Shown one piece after another: positions 14,052-28,359 of a stretch of 64,000 nucleotides of DNA. The DNA is taken from positions 92,008,001 to 92,072,000 of the forward strand of contig NC_042999.1 in assembly GCF_006345805.1 (NCBI RefSeq). The letters are read 5' to 3'. A program made the position numbers and the translations under genes. The number at the start of each line of letters is the position of its first letter. The stretch's first letter is position 1. The notes beneath the pieces were generated by a model. The model searched no databases. It worked only from the letters and a program-made list of their open reading frames with translations, and had not been told where the DNA came from. The stretch comes from Octopus sinensis. Lineage: Eukaryota.

Positions 14052-14560
14052 CTTTTTTTTTCTTCTTTCAAATTTGCTTCCATTTCTTGCCGAGTGTCTT
14101 CCCGACTCCTAGGGCAAAGAAACTCATAGTATACATTGGTAGGCCATTAAACCAAACTCAATAGTTCGTTCATTTTTTTTTTGTTTTTAAGTAAATTAAA
14201 ATACATGAGCAGCAACAATTCTCACATCGACAATGCTCTTCTCAATACATGTGATGTACCAGTTAAGACAATCTTTTGCACTTCTTGCAGGGATGGTAAG
14301 CCAGGGATCATTCTCATATAATTTTCGGTTCCCTTCTTGATCATTCCTAGTGCTCCGACGATCACTGGTATTGAACCGCCTTGAGATGCCACATTTTCTC
14401 AATTTCAATGAGTAGGTCTTTATATTTTCTGAGCTTGTCAAACTCTTTCGCTGAGATATTATGATCACAGGGGATGCTCATGTCGATCAATAAGCAAACT
14501 TTATTGTTTTGGTCTTTCACAACAATATCTGGTTTATTGGCCTTGATGGTTCGGTCTGTA
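14052..14560 (-). mobile_element. Family A 5'-truncated copy 1
   Basis: Near-identical to 1960-2462; flanked by (TTA)n. Confidence 0.92.
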
Positions 14561-14583
14561 TTATTATTATTATATTATTATTA

Positions 14584-14645
<62 letters not shown>

Positions 14646-14654
14646 TTTTTTATT

Positions 14655-15166
14655 ACTTTTTTTTTCTTCTTTCAAATTTGCTTCCATTTCTTGCCGAGTG
14701 TCTTCCCGACTCCTAGGGCAAAGAAACTCATAGTATACATTGGTAGGCCATTAAACCAAACTCAATAGTTCGTTCATTTTTTTTTTGTTTTTAAGTTAAA
14801 TTAAAATACATGAGCAGCAACAATTCTCACATCGACAATGCTCTTCTCAATACATGTGATGTACCAGTTAAGACAATCTTTTGCACTTCTTGCAGGGATG
14901 GTAAGCCAGGGATCATTCTCATATAATTTTCGGTTCCCTTCTTGATCATTCCTAGTGCTCCGACGATCACTGGTATTGTAACCGCCTTGAGATGCCACAT
15001 TTTCTCAATTTCAATGAGTAGGTCTTTATATTTTCTGAGCTTGTCAAACTCTTTCGCTGAGATATTATGATCACAGGGGATGCTCATGTCGATCAATAAG
15101 CAAACTTTATTGTTTTGGTCTTTCACAACAATATCTGGTTTATTGGCCTTGATGGTTCGGTCTGTA
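14655..15166 (-). mobile_element. Family A 5'-truncated copy 2
   Basis: ORF 14827-15126 encodes the same C-terminus as family A; same truncation point as copy 1. Confidence 0.92.
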
Positions 15167-15187
15167 TTATTATTATTATTATTATTA

Positions 15188-15251
<64 letters not shown>

Positions 15252-15271
15252 ATTATTAATATTATTATTAT

Positions 15272-16186
15272 TCAGTAGTTTTATTTTTATAGCGTGCTTT
15301 CACTTCACTACCGAGCACAGCTCTGTGTGCCTTGGGTTTGTGCTGTGATTTGTTGTGATGCTCTGATGGTTATTGTATGGAAAGTGTTCTGCGTAGGATG
15401 TGTGCAGTGCCTAGTAGTGCAATTTTCTGTATGTTATATGTGTTTGTAAGTCCTGGTGTTTTTGTTATGTATTTGTCTGAATTTTTTTATCATGCCTAAT
15501 GCACCTACTATGATAGGAATTGTTTCTGTTTTCAGATTCCACATTCTAGTTACCTCTATTTCCAGGTATTTGTATTTTGAGAGTTTCTCCATTTCTTTTA
15601 GAGACACGTTGTCATCAGCCGGTATTGATACATCAATTAGAAAGCATTTTTTTTCTTCATGATCTCTGACAACTATATCTGGTCTGTTGGCCTTAATTTC
15701 TCTATCTGTGTGTATCGGCATATCCCAGAGTATGGTTGCTTTCTCATTTTCTGTGACCTTCTCTGGTGTGTGCCTATACCATCTTTTTTCTGTTGTTATT
15801 CCATAATGTTGGCATAGCTTCCAATGTATGTAGGTTCCAACTCTGTCATGTCTGTGAATATATTCCTTCTTAGCCAGGACTGGGCAGCTAGAGATAATAT
15901 GATTTATTGTTTCTTGTCCATCTCCACATATTCTGCAGTTACTTGTAATATTTCTTTTCATTACATGTTTTTGGTAATTTCTGGTGGGGAGGCTTTGGTC
16001 TTGTGCTGCAATTAAAAATCCCTCTGTTTCTGCTTTGAGTCCTGAGCTTCTCAACCATTGCTGGGATTTTTCTTTGTCTATTTCTTTTGCGTTTAGTTTA
16101 GTCCAGTATTTACCATGAAGGGGCTTTTCTTGCCATCGTTTTATCATGGTTCGTTGCTGTTCTATTTTTAGTTTGGATTTCATTTG

Positions 16187-16190
<4 letters not shown>
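15272..16190 (-). mobile_element. R4/Dong LINE family D, 5'-truncated
   Basis: EKPLHGKYW, LKAETEG, CRICGDGQETINHIISSC, RHDRVG, RPDIVV; (TTA)n on both sides. Confidence 0.93.
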
Positions 16191-16254
<64 letters not shown>

Positions 16255-18689
16255 TCGTCATCAATATCTGTGATGAAGACAGAGAAACGGGAGGATCGCT
16301 AGCACGCTGAACAAAATGCTTAATAGCAGTTCGTCCATTTTTACGTTCTGCGCTCAAATTCTGCCGAGGTTAACTTTGCTTTTAGATTAATGTATACTTT
16401 TCAAGCTTGACTGAATCAATAACCCACGAGGCAGATGACGTTTTTTGAACTCAGTTATAATATCGTGACATGGATGCTAGTGAAGTTATAGCAACATATA
16501 GTATTAGAACTGCAATGTAAGGAACACTACAACAGGCAATGCTCGTGGACCCAGTTGATCTTTACGGTTATTGATTTCCATTTTAATTTACATTCTCTGG
16601 AATAAGTGCGAAACTGCGGTGACATAAATTTCTTTCTGCCTGATTTGACTTATTTTCATTGGTAGACAGCCGCAGTAAACTGAGTAAAATGTAAGGGTTT
16701 GACTTCAATCATTCGACCTAATCATCTATGTATTTCATGCTTCTGACAAAGATTTGAATGTAACAGATATATTAGAGAAATAATTATATACGAAATACTT
16801 TCTTCATCAGCTATCCTGCATTCTTTAGCGACAGTTTAACTGGCTGTGGGTATCGTTGATTTAATTGAAATACAATGTATATTTGATTACATTATACAAT
16901 ATGTTCTTCCATCCTTTTTAAAGACGATAGGGTGTGATTTGAGTGAAATTTGACTATTGGTTTTTGCAGTTAGAAAACACCTCGAGACTTCCTCGTTGAC
17001 TCGCTTTCAAATGCAGTAAGCCATTGAAATCTATAACTTATAAAACCGATGGCTTCAAAACCGTGTATCACAATTAAACCTTGCTTCTCGATAAAAAAGA
17101 ATATAAACAATTATCAAATGAAAAATATTGAAAATTAAAAAGAAAATAATTCCATTGAATTTAAAAAAGAAATCTTAAGAAAGAGATGAGATCTATCAAC
17201 TAACTGTTCAACCAGTTACTGATTAGGTTGATTAAGTTAAAGAATCCATTATCAATGAACATTCTATATGGCAACCAGTTTAAATCATAATTTCGGAAGG
17301 AAAATATTTCAGAAAGGAGAAAAGATTTTTTTTTTTCTAAAGCATATATTTTTTTCACCTTGTTTCTCAGAAAACCTTTCATCTCAGCATTTTCATTTCA
17401 CACGTGAAAAGAAAAAAGATTAAAAAAAATAATTCTGCGCCATTCAAGTTTATTGTGAGATCAGCAAATGGTGGCAATAAGGAAGTAGTCATGAATAAAA
17501 GATGAAGATATTTTTTATAGAGGCGAGTGATTGCAGGCGATGTTCAAACCATTCACTTTCGTGTCCAACATGTTGAATAAAATTGAAATTTTAGTTAGAA
17601 AACGAAAGCGCTTCCTGTTTCCGAAACGGCTACATAATGTTGACATTAATGCAGGCCAATGTTGTGGTAATGCGTGTTGAAAATCTAAATTTGTTAAACA
17701 AAGTTGAAGATTCGGAGATTGTGAAAAGTTCACGGATATGCCCAAAAGCCCAATTCTTACAATTTATTCTGTGGTTTCGTCTACAATACTGCTGCTGGTC
17801 GATAAAGTATTAGTTCATTAAAAGGTATACTCAAGCTATGACTTCATACAGATACGGCCCTACCCAACCACAAAGAACACTGACAATAAACAAGACAATA
17901 CAATTCACAAATAAAAAACGAAAAAAAATAATAATTTCATTACTGCAGAAGACTTTAATATTGAATATTTACAAATAATACCTTAACTGCTGAAAGCGCT
18001 AGCTTGAATACCCCAAATAATAATATTGTCACTATCACTCTTCACCAACTGAGTATCTTTCCACTACTTTGCATACCAGTAGCAACTTTGATGGAGAAGT
18101 AAGCACTAGAGAAATTTGAATAGAATCTTCTCACATAAAAGTCAACGTTGGGTCGAGGCACACCACAAAAGACGGTACCTCAGTATCTGATAACTACATA
18201 AACAAGCAAATAAAACATGGCCTCCTAAAACTGGAGTTGAAATCCAAGCACGTGGAACTAGCAGGTAGTTAATCATAAATAAAAATTCCATTTATTGTGT
18301 TATCTGTTTCCTGACTGAAATATATCTTTTATTTTATATATAATATTATATTTCTTTAATTATTCTATAAAATTGATTTTATTCTAAAAACTTCACCTTC
18401 TCGTAATTCCATTATTGAATGTGTGAAGGCGGTTTTAATAGCTAAGTTAATCGTTATAAATATTTGTGGACAACTTTACCTTTCATTCTATCGGGGTCGA
18501 CAGATAGGTATTTTGAGGTAATCAGCCTGCTCACACCACTCGACATTACTGGCTTCCTACTAAAGGATAAATTATTATAATATAAAGGATTTATTATTAT
18601 TGATATTGCAGTTGAAAGTAAGACAGTAAATTCTGCGCAATACTGGCCTTACTCTTTGACTTCTGAGTTCAAATTCATCGTAGTTGTTC

Positions 18690-19750
18690 TCTTTTTCTTT
18701 CTTTTCCACTTCAATCATGTTTATCACCAGGACATGTTATGTTAATTACGCTTCATGTTTTTTGTTTTTTTTCTGTTCACTACAGCAACGTCAGATTTTC
18801 GATGTTTTATCTGCTGGTCATATCGTATTTATTACATCCCACAGGATTTTGCAATCCTCATCATCAGTAACTCCATCTGAGAGTTGCTTATGTCACGTCT
18901 TCGAGCTCTCTAGGCCGTAATTTCCACAAAGCTCCCAATGGATTATTCTTGCAGCATTGTCGTGTCGCCTTTTGTATTCACGTTGTGTTAATTTCGGGCA
19001 CTCATTAACAACGTGGCACACTGTTTCACCCCTATCACCACATATACCTCATTTGTCGCTATCAGTTGTTTTATCAATTCTGCACTTCACACTTTTTGTC
19101 CCCAGTGCTTGTTCTTGTACCGTACATATAATTGCTTCTGTTTCACTGCTCTGTTACATTGCCACCAGCCTTCTGTATCTGTCTTTGTACTTGTGTCTCT
19201 TGCAAACTGACCGTATATATATTTTTTCCTTTCCAAACCATTTCTGTTTTTCGTTCTTTTTCTCCCTCTTTCAATTCCCCTTTCTCGATTCAATTATTAG
19301 TTTTGATTATGCCAGACTTCGTAATCATCATCAATGGTTCCACGACATACTTACATAACACTCTAAACTATTTTCTTCTGATTCAACACAATGTTGACAG
19401 CTGATCAAACCTCCCCCCGCCATTTTCTCTGGCCAGGTACAACCGATCAGTGTCACTTTTAGGGTGAATCGCTCAGTGCAATGTCAATAATTTTCGTGTC
19501 TTCGTAACCATAGTTCATTTTCCTTCTGCCAGTTTACGATTCCAGCTCCATACCTAAGTGATGGTATCGCCCATGTGTTTACCGCTTAAAATTGATTCTA
19601 AGTGTTCGGAAATACACTTTCTTCAGCTGTTCTTTCATTTCCTTCTCCGTGATGATTGAAAAGTAGTATGCCAAAATACATACTGCTTCAAATTATTCGT
19701 AAAAAGAAGATATTTGATTCTGAGTAATTTACTTGAACTTATATTCCAGA
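18690..19750 (-). mobile_element. Decayed R4/Dong LINE fragment
   Basis: Remnants EKEMKEQLKKVYFR, HPKSDTDRLYLARENGG, YGQFARD, ETVCHVVNECP. Confidence 0.7.
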
Positions 19751-19889
19751 TTCACTTTCCTAAACCCTAAGGTTAGAGGGATCGGGTTAAGTACAAAAAC
19801 CAACGGAGATAAACTATTTCCTTGGAAAATCTGCGTCTCACATCATTATTGTTGTTATCGTCGTCGTCATCATCATTGTCATTATGTGA

Positions 19890-20770
19890 TAAAAGCTCAC
19901 AGCTCATTTTTGCTGGGTATGATGGAAAGTGTCAGCTGTCCACAGCCAGCAGACTAAGGTGACACTTGTTTACTGGTCATGCTTCAAAAGCCTACGAAGA
20001 ATTCTTGCAGTCCCAAGCAATGCTGATTTTTGTAGGTGTTCTACCCTCATACTTGCACCAATCTTTTACATCCATGTTAATAATTGATGCTAATACTACC
20101 AAGTGCACCAATTATTATTGGTATCCCATCTACTCTCCTCATTGACCACAATCTTCATATATCCCACTTTAAGTCGTCATAGTTGTTTGTTTTTATTTCT
20201 TTCACATAGATCCTGTTGTCACCGGGGCATGCTATGCTCATTATCATGCATTTTCTTTCTTTTTTATTCAGCACAACGATGTCCGGTTTCCTATGTCTGG
20301 TCAGGTGATCACAATGGATCATTGTGTCCCACAAGATTTTGCAATTCTCATTCTCGGTGACTCCTTCTGGGTTTTACACATACCACGCCTTTGCTCTTTG
20401 CAGGCCGTGATTTCCACAGAGCTTCCAATGGGTCATTCTTGTCACATTATCATGGCGTCGTCTGTATTCGCGTTGTGCCAATTTCGGACATTCGCTAACG
20501 ATGTGCCATAGCGTTTCAATCCTCTCACCACATATTCTGCATTTGTTGCTGTCGGTAATGTTGTCTACTCTACACTTCATATAGTTGGTCCTGAATGCTT
20601 GTTCTTGAGCTGCGCATATGTGTGCTTCTGTTTCTATCTTCAGGCCACTCCTCCTCATCCATAGCCACCGGTCTTCTGTACGTCTTGGCATTCACATCTC
20701 TTGCAAACTGATGGTACATTTTCTTTTCCATCCACGCCTTTCCTTTTTTGGGGTTCATTCGCAAGCCGGG
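19890..20770 (-). mobile_element. R4/Dong LINE family C, 5'-truncated
   Basis: ORF 20374-20691: SGLKIETEAHICAAQEQ, CRICGERIETLWHIVSEC, RRHDNV; family C 3' UTR. Confidence 0.88.
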
Positions 20771-20806
20771 GAAATAGTTAGAAGCATTTCTTCCTTACTC
20801 ATTATG

Positions 20807-20990
20807 TGTTCTGAGAACAAATTCTTCCGAAGTTGACTTTGCTTTACATCCATTCAGGATCGATAAAATGTTCTGAGAACAAATTCTTCCGAAGTTGACT
20901 TTGCCTTACATCCATTCAGGATCGATAGAATGAAGTACCAGTTAAGTACTGCAATTGATGTAATCGATGCCCTCACATCACAAAACTGCT
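20807..20990 (+). mobile_element. SINE fragment with internal 62-nt tandem duplication
   Basis: TGTTCTGAGAACAAATTCTTCCGAAGTTGACTTTGC...GGATCGATA occurs twice in tandem. Confidence 0.7.
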
Positions 20991-21664
20991 GTTGTTTTAA
21001 TGATACTGACGTGGAATTCTTCTGAACGTTACACGAAGTTGGTAATAGTGCACTGTTGCTCAAAACAAGGGAATACTTGTTTTTCCATCGGCTGCTATCA
21101 AGCTATTTGTTGCATCCTGTAACTAAAATATCTAAAATAATTTTTCGATACATGAATCAACACAACGAATTAGCTCTCTAAAATCAGTTGCATGACTTGA
21201 TCAAAGAAACATTAAATTTTACATGTTAACCTTGCTTTAGAGCTATTTTTGTCGTCATAGAGATCGGAACTGTAATCGAATTTATTTCAGCCTTTTAAAA
21301 ATAGAAAATAAGGAAGCTGTTACATACCACAGAGAAGAACGGCAACATTACTTTGAAAACGATAAAATGTATTTGTTACAACATTAATTTCCTGGTGTAT
21401 GTTGATCTCGTCTTAATATAAGGTATTCTGAATAATAAAAGCGTAACATATTTGACCTTTGGCTGGTCTGATGACTACGTTTGAATGAGCATGATGAGGA
21501 CGTCGACGGAGGAGCTGACGATAGCGATGACGACAACGACGGTGACAATGATGATAATTAAAGACGATAGACTATGATAATCAGGATTGCATCGTTTGTG
21601 CGTATCGTCATCGTTACCATCATTTTGCCACTTAGCTCCCCTATGCTTATAAGGATTATAATAA

Positions 21665-21870
21665 TCCTTTCTACTATAGGCACCAAGTCTAAAGTAGCGA
21701 AAGGAGTAGTCGATTACATTGACACCAATACTTGACTGGTATTTATTTTATCGATCTGAAAGGAAGAAAAAGTAAAATAGACCTCAGCAACACTTGAACT
21801 GAGAATATAATGACACAAATGCTGCTAAACTTTACGTCCGGCGTGCTAAGGGTCTGCTAGCTCTCCGCCT
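21665..21870 (-). mobile_element. SINE (same family as 8756), decayed
   Basis: Reverse-complement homology from the GGCGGAGAGCTAGCAGA head to the GTAGAAAGGATTA tail. Confidence 0.7.
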
Positions 21871-22394
21871 TAAGGATTATCTATTATATAAAATCCATTC
21901 TGTCTGTCTGTGTGTGTATCTTCTAGGATCTCGGGCATCCGGCATCCGAGTGAGTGAGTGCTATGAATAGACCATAGTTAAGCTCCAGGTTCAGTGATTA
22001 TGCGAATAGGGAGTCCACCTTATGTCATATATCAGCGTGTGTATATATAAAAAAGTTTTTCAGAATGAGATAAAAAACAAAGGCTGAGGGGATTTTAGAA
22101 CATTTATAAGTAGAATATCTTACGGCTGTTTCCAGGATATTTATTATATCCCTTCATAGGAGACGGTATATATATATATTCAATTTTTAGGGATTAATCG
22201 ATATGCGGGTATTCTATTTCAGATAATACAAAAAGTAACCTAATGAGCATATCTGAAAGTAAACTCATGGTATCAGTTTGCACATCACGAAATAATACTT
22301 AAAGTATATAACGAAAATTACCAGCAGGATATATATTATACTTTATGACACAACCCGTTCCAGGAATCAAACTCACTACCTCGTGATTTGTGTG

Positions 22395-22433
<39 letters not shown>

Positions 22434-22676
22434 TGTGTGTGTGTGTGTATGCACGTGTGTGTGTGTACAGCGTAGCATGATACGAGGGAAATCCGGATAT
22501 TTAAATTTCGGATGCAGTTTATCAAAGAGGCTTCCACAAATCACTAACCAATTTCACTACGTTTATTTGACTGCGTGATATATAGATTCCACCTTCATAT
22601 GAAATACAAGAGGGCAAGTGTTAAGGGCATTATTTATATGGAAAATGAAACACGAAAATAAAGAAATATGTAGTAA

Positions 22677-22988
22677 ATGGCACTCCGTCGGTTACGACGG
22701 TGATGATTCCCGTTGATCCGAACAACGGAACAAGCCGCGCTTGAAATTAACTTGCAAGTGGCTGAGCATCTCATGCGTACTTTTAACGTAGTTCGCGGGG
22801 AGATTCAGAGTGACACTGAATGTGACAAGGCTGGCCCTTTGAATTACAGGTGCTACTCATTTTTGTCAGCTGGCTAAACTGGAGCAATGGGAAATAAAGT
22901 GTCTTGCCCAAGCACACAACGCGTCTCCAGTTTTCGAACTCACAATCATGAGCCGATTACCTTAACCACTAAGTCACGCGCCTTCACA
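22677..22988 (-). mobile_element. tRNA-derived CORE-type SINE
   Basis: A box TAGTGGTTAAGG, B box GAGTTCGAA, CORE-like CTTGGGCAAGACACTTTA. Confidence 0.75.
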
Positions 22989-23824
22989 AAGAAACATCTA
23001 TTAAGCTTTGAATAAAAACATGATTTTTGTGCATTCATTTACTATGTTTTGTATTTGTAATTGTCTGTAAAATATTCTTCTAGAGATTCTCGTTTCCTCC
23101 ACACTAAATAATTATTTTAAAGAATATAAATATTCTTCAATTGTCTTAGATACTTAGTGGCATAGATACTTCAGAAGATTCCTTAATATTTGATACAATT
23201 TTCCCATGCAGTTTTATAATTGAAAACATGCATTTGAATAAATGTTTGAATTTTAACGATAATTTGATAATATGGATGTACTCTTTTTCGTGAAGTTGCA
23301 ATGTAATCTGCATGCAATCGTTTTGGAATATATCTTTTAACCAATGATGTATGATTTATTTTAAACTTACTTCAGATGCCGTTATTATATTTGTTGTCAT
23401 TTTTCTTCCTTTCCTTTAATTGTTCTAACAATTGTTCCGTGAATATTAAACTGTTTCGCAATTTCCGTCAAATCTTTTCGCATTTGAAATTTGATTAATA
23501 TTTCAATTTTCATTTCTGAAGAAATCGACTTTCCTGTCCAGTTTGGTTTGACATTTGAAAATAAAATTTAATTTCGGAAATATGTAATAGAAAATAAATA
23601 TAACTTGAGTGCTAACTTAACATGTGGTGTTCCGCTTTGACATAGAAGTGAGAGAGAAGTAAAATGTTAGATAGATAAACACAAAAACAAAAATGCAAAT
23701 GACGAAACGAGTTGACGTCTCTAAATGACATTTGTAAATTTAGAAGCAAATCGACAAAAACAGAAAGCATGCTGAGGTAAAAGCGTGCAAGATAAGAACT
23801 ATATAATTTGAGTGACAAGTATAA

Positions 23825-23957
23825 ATACATACATACATACATACATACATACATACATACATACATGCATGCATGCATGCATGCATGCATGCATACATAC
23901 ATACATACATACATACATACATACATGCATGCATACATACATACATACATACATACA

Positions 23958-23991
<34 letters not shown>

Positions 23992-24135
23992 CATACATAC
24001 ATACATACATACATACATACATGCATGCATGCATACATACATACATACATACATACATACATACATACATACATGCATACATACATACATACATACATAC
24101 ATACATACATACATACATACATACATACATACATA
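23825..24135. repeat. (CATA)n/(CATG)n tetranucleotide microsatellite
   Basis: Direct reading. Confidence 0.98.
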
Positions 24136-24656
24136 CCGTAAATCCTCGAGTATAGTCAGCATTTTCCCCCAAATTCAAAGGTCAAAATCCCTAGTGCGTA
24201 CTATATACGAGGTTAAAAATGAAAAATTATTTTTTAAGCAATGTTTGTGTCTCTATTTGCTGCTCGGCAATGTTTATTCAGTCGCATTTTGTGAGGTTAG
24301 GCGCGAAAATACCTTAAGCTAAGCCTGAAAGCAATGAAGTCATAAAAGAATCATTCATAACTTGCAGTAAGCAACATTTATTTAAACACAAATATTCAGA
24401 ACACAGAATAACATATAGCAATAAGAATTTGCAAACATATTTACATTCCCATATAACAGTTAAGAACATCACCATTATTGTATTACGCATGCGCGGAAGT
24501 GTTTGTTCGACTAGGTGCTGCTGGTTTAATTACGCACGATTCAAGTTAAAGAAGGAGTGCGTATTATACACAAGATTTAGGTTTTTCAGAGGTACAGCCC
24601 CCTAAAAATTCCCTGCGTATTATACTCAAGGGCAGACTATACTCGAGGATTTACGG
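24136..24656. mobile_element. Tc1/mariner-superfamily (Tc2/pogo-like) MITE
   Basis: Perfect 22-bp TIRs CCGTAAATCCTCGAGTATAGTC / GACTATACTCGAGGATTTACGG with TA on both sides, inserted in (CATA)n. Confidence 0.9.
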
Positions 24657-24849
24657 TACATACATACTTAGACAAATACCACGCTATATATTTTGGGAAG
24701 AAAGCTCCGGATTTTACCTACTTCCTCGACAACACTAATATTAATGTTTACTTTTCAACAGAACCTAGGCAATGTTTTGAATAACATTCTGCTGTTCTGC
24801 GCTAGACGAACCACATTTCTATAATCGTCAAGAAGACCCAGTAACCTTT

Positions 24850-25677
24850 TCCTTTTGGTAAGAAATAGACCAGAATGACACCTTGAGCATTTCAAAAGAC
24901 AGTCGCCATGATTTTTCCAGCTGACTTTGGTCGTCTTGAACTTTTTCGGTATTGGTGACGTAGAGTGGCGCCATTCCATTGCCAGCCTTTTTGATTCCGG
25001 TTTACATAATGATGAACCCATGTTTCATCACCTGTTATGAGCTTTCGAAAGAAGGTGTTGTCTCTTTGACTTTGTTCGAGAAGTTCAGTGCAGGCATTGA
25101 CCCTGTTAGTCTTGCGTTTGGTAGTCAGCGCTCTCTGTACCCAACAGGCACACACTTTTGAAAAACCAAGTGATTCGACAATGTCGTAAGCACTTCCATG
25201 GCTCACTTCAAGGTTTTCTGCCAACTCATCAAGAGATATGCGCTGTACTCTATGATCAGAGCATCTGGTTTGGCTTTATTGGCAGGGTTCACAGAAGCGG
25301 ACGACCAGAACGGGGTTTATCGGCTACACTCACAGTTCCCACCTTTTCATCTTTCAGACGACGGACCCATTTGCATACATTGCTAAAATCTAGAGTATTG
25401 TCCTCAAAGACATTTTGTAATCTTCGGTGAATGTTCACAGGGGTTTCCCCTCGGCAACAAGAAATCCAATCACTGCTCTTTGTTTTTAATGTAACTCTAA
25501 GGCGGCAGCCATTTTGAATTTTCCTTACCAGTCTAAACACCTGAAAAGTGAAAAACATAATATTTCAGAACGTAAATGATATAAACATTTATAAATGGGA
25601 AAATTTTCAGTTATTTTTATCAAAAACATCACATGAAATAAAGAAAATGGCATTACTTTTTGACCCACCTTCGGATA
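24850..25677 (-). mobile_element. Decayed mariner transposon (5' half)
   Basis: HTH region (IHRRLQNVF..KWVRRLK..RSGRP), WVQR (WVPR motif), LITGDETWVHHY, SAGKIMATVF; TIR-like CCGAAGGTGGGTCAAAAAGT at the right end. Confidence 0.88.
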
Positions 25678-25694
25678 TACATACATACATACAT

Positions 25695-25725
<31 letters not shown>

Positions 25726-25750
25726 ATATATATATATATAAATACATACA

Positions 25751-25853
<103 letters not shown>

Positions 25854-25959
25854 TACATATAGAGAGAGAGAATGATGTGCTATCGTAATTCAATATTCTG
25901 ATGAAGATCGTGGTCAACGACAAAACAGTCATGGTTTTTCCTTCGCCTTTTCTTAGTAG

Positions 25960-27501
25960 CAATCACGCATCAAAAGCCGAAAGTTTGTGACTTATACGTC
26001 ATCAAACATATCTCTTCGTCTTTAATTATTCTTTAACTTCAAAAATGGAATTTGACACCCATCAGTTTTTCACACGAAAGTTTAAATGGATTTCGTACTA
26101 AATCCAACTTCTCGTCTTGGAATTATTGATAACATCGGCCAAATTCATTCCCAGCGCTGTCAGATGCTGACAAATTTCCTTTTATGCAAATTCTCGATGC
26201 TCTCGGCGTTCACCGACAGTCCCAAGAAATGACATTTTTCAAACTTATCAATATTTTCATTTTATTCCGACCTTTTTTCTTCATACCGTCTTCCAGTTTG
26301 CTCATCATAGCTTTTAAAATATGAATGAATTTTCTGATGTTTGTGCCTTTTCCTTTCATCTAAAGATTCAGTTGATCGAAAATGCCAGCTAAATAAGCGA
26401 AGCGCATGAACCCTTCCTCATCATTCAATCAGGCTAGACATTGTATCATATCCTAAACTTCAATCATGTTGAATTCGCTTCTAGCATCTTATTTCGTACA
26501 TTACCTCTTAAAACTACAAAACATTTGTATGGAAAAGGAGTAGATGGTGGTTTGCGAAACATATTGGAAAATTCTATCAGTTTCACTAAAATACAGTGTT
26601 GCTCGAAAGACGCTCAACGATATAGCTTTTGAGATCAAGGGTCATGTGTGGGAGATGAAGTGACAACATTTTACTTATTTTCAACTGTGAGATGAGAGCG
26701 TTGTTTTTAACATTATTCTTAACTTGAAATTGTTTGATCTCAAATTCTCTCTGGAAGTGTTTTAAGGCCAATGTCTGAAGATATATCCTACAATGAATTG
26801 TTGTTTCTTTTTTTTATTTCAGGTCTCAATTTTTCGCATAAACATTAAATCTACTTTTTGTTCCCAACACCATCTCTACAATATCCACAGATTCCATGAA
26901 AAATGTAGCATTTCTTTCAATAGCTGCGGTCTTGATAGGTATTAAATTAATTGATAGTAAAATAAATAAACCTGCATGAGGCTTTTTTTGCAAAGAGGAA
27001 TTGGAAACACAATTCCATATCAGCCGATTCATAAAATTCAGTTGAAAATAAGTAAAATGTTGTCACTTGATCTCCTACACATGACCCTTGATCTCAAATG
27101 CTATATCGTTGACCGTCTTTCGAGCAACACTGTATTTTAGTGAAACTGATAGAATTTTCCAATTTATTTCGCAATGTAATTTCCAGGTTTCACAAACAAG
27201 AACCGTGATCAAAGTTTCCCAGTCTCTCCAGGTGCAGGTGTATTTTTTTTATCTTTCTTATTTGAAATCTCCCGTACTCAGAAGCAATTATCCTTAAACA
27301 CCTTTAGGCTTACTTTTTTCCTTAAATTTGTGTAGAAGATTAACATGGCAAACTTTGCTTAAACTTATTTGGTTTCATAGAATAATTTGACAAAACTTGT
27401 CTACACATAATACACTGAGTCCTTTCCTCTCCTTTGTGGCTGATAGATATGAACCAATACTAAATATATTATAAATAGCAACGTCTTCTGTTGACATTCA
27501 T
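25960..27501 (-). pseudogene. hAT (Buster/Charlie-type) transposase relic
   Basis: Collinear motifs: TQCIMCRQVLSNYSMKPNKFK, SVSL..VARKTVNDIAFEIK, LGTKSRF, HCRIYLQTLALK, LLLFHT, RFAYLAGIFDQLNL*MKGKGTNI. Confidence 0.82.
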
Positions 27502-27899
27502 GACCGACTGCAAATTATGAAAACAAAGTACTTAACGATAACTATATTGAAGATTTTTTTTTAAGTTACATAGTTATATTTTAATTTGTGGATATAATTG
27601 AAATATATCTATAACTTAAGATAAACAAAAATATTTGTCCTTATTTTTAATTTAATCTACGTCTTTTAACAGACTATAGAGAATTCGGAGATTACATTAA
27701 ATGGAAGTAAATTTCTACAGATTGCACAAAATCTATAGGATATCAGACTTTATTGAATATTGGACTCAATTGTCTCTTGAAACCTATAAATACCCGGTTG
27801 ACTAAATTCTCTGGCAGAAAACCCATGATGTATGTTGAAATCCTTGGAATATTGTTAAATTAAATTTTGTGCGACTGTGCATGAAATTCTCATTTTCTT

Positions 27900-28200
27900 C
27901 TTTGGAGGAAGGGCGGTTGCATCAAGAGGAACAGTATTTATAAAGAATATATTAACATCGATAGCTTAGGCTAGATATAGGGAAACGTATTGAGGATCTT
28001 GTAATGAGACAGATGTACCGAGATAGCCAGGAGGGTGGATAACTAAACGGGAAGAGAAGTAGGTAGGTTAATCAGAAGCAAAGAAGTGTAGCTTGAGTTG
28101 GGTAGAGGTACAGACAAACGAGGAAATAACCAAATGGTGATAGAGGAAACAAAGAAAGGAAACAAGAAGGTAGGACTGCTAATAGGTTGAGGTCAGCCGA
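27900..28200 (-). mobile_element. Possible Penelope-like RT remnant
   Basis: IDVNIFFINTVPLDAT resembles the PLE RT motif FDVxSLFTNVP; upstream PISSPT. Confidence 0.4.
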
Positions 28201-28359
28201 TGTAAGATTCCGCTCTCTCCAAACAAGTATTATAAATTAAATTAATGCGAAAGATAGGGTGAGCGGAGATGATCCAACGAAATACTTTTTAATTACATTT
28301 ATAAGAATAACGTTGCTGTTCTGGGCTCGATATCCGCCATGGGAACTTGCTATTTTATA

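Noticed and set aside
16400-18400. Unique-looking stretch with ORF 17515-17745 and an ETS-like CTTCCTGTTTCCG motif
   Set aside because: No recognisable protein or convincing exon structure; a short motif alone is insufficient.
25898-25930. CTGATGA followed by a hairpin as a hammerhead
   Set aside because: No GAAA (reads CAAAAC) and no stem I or III.
26563-27163. MITE with 125-bp TIRs
   Set aside because: The arms are transposase coding sequence and no TSD is evident.
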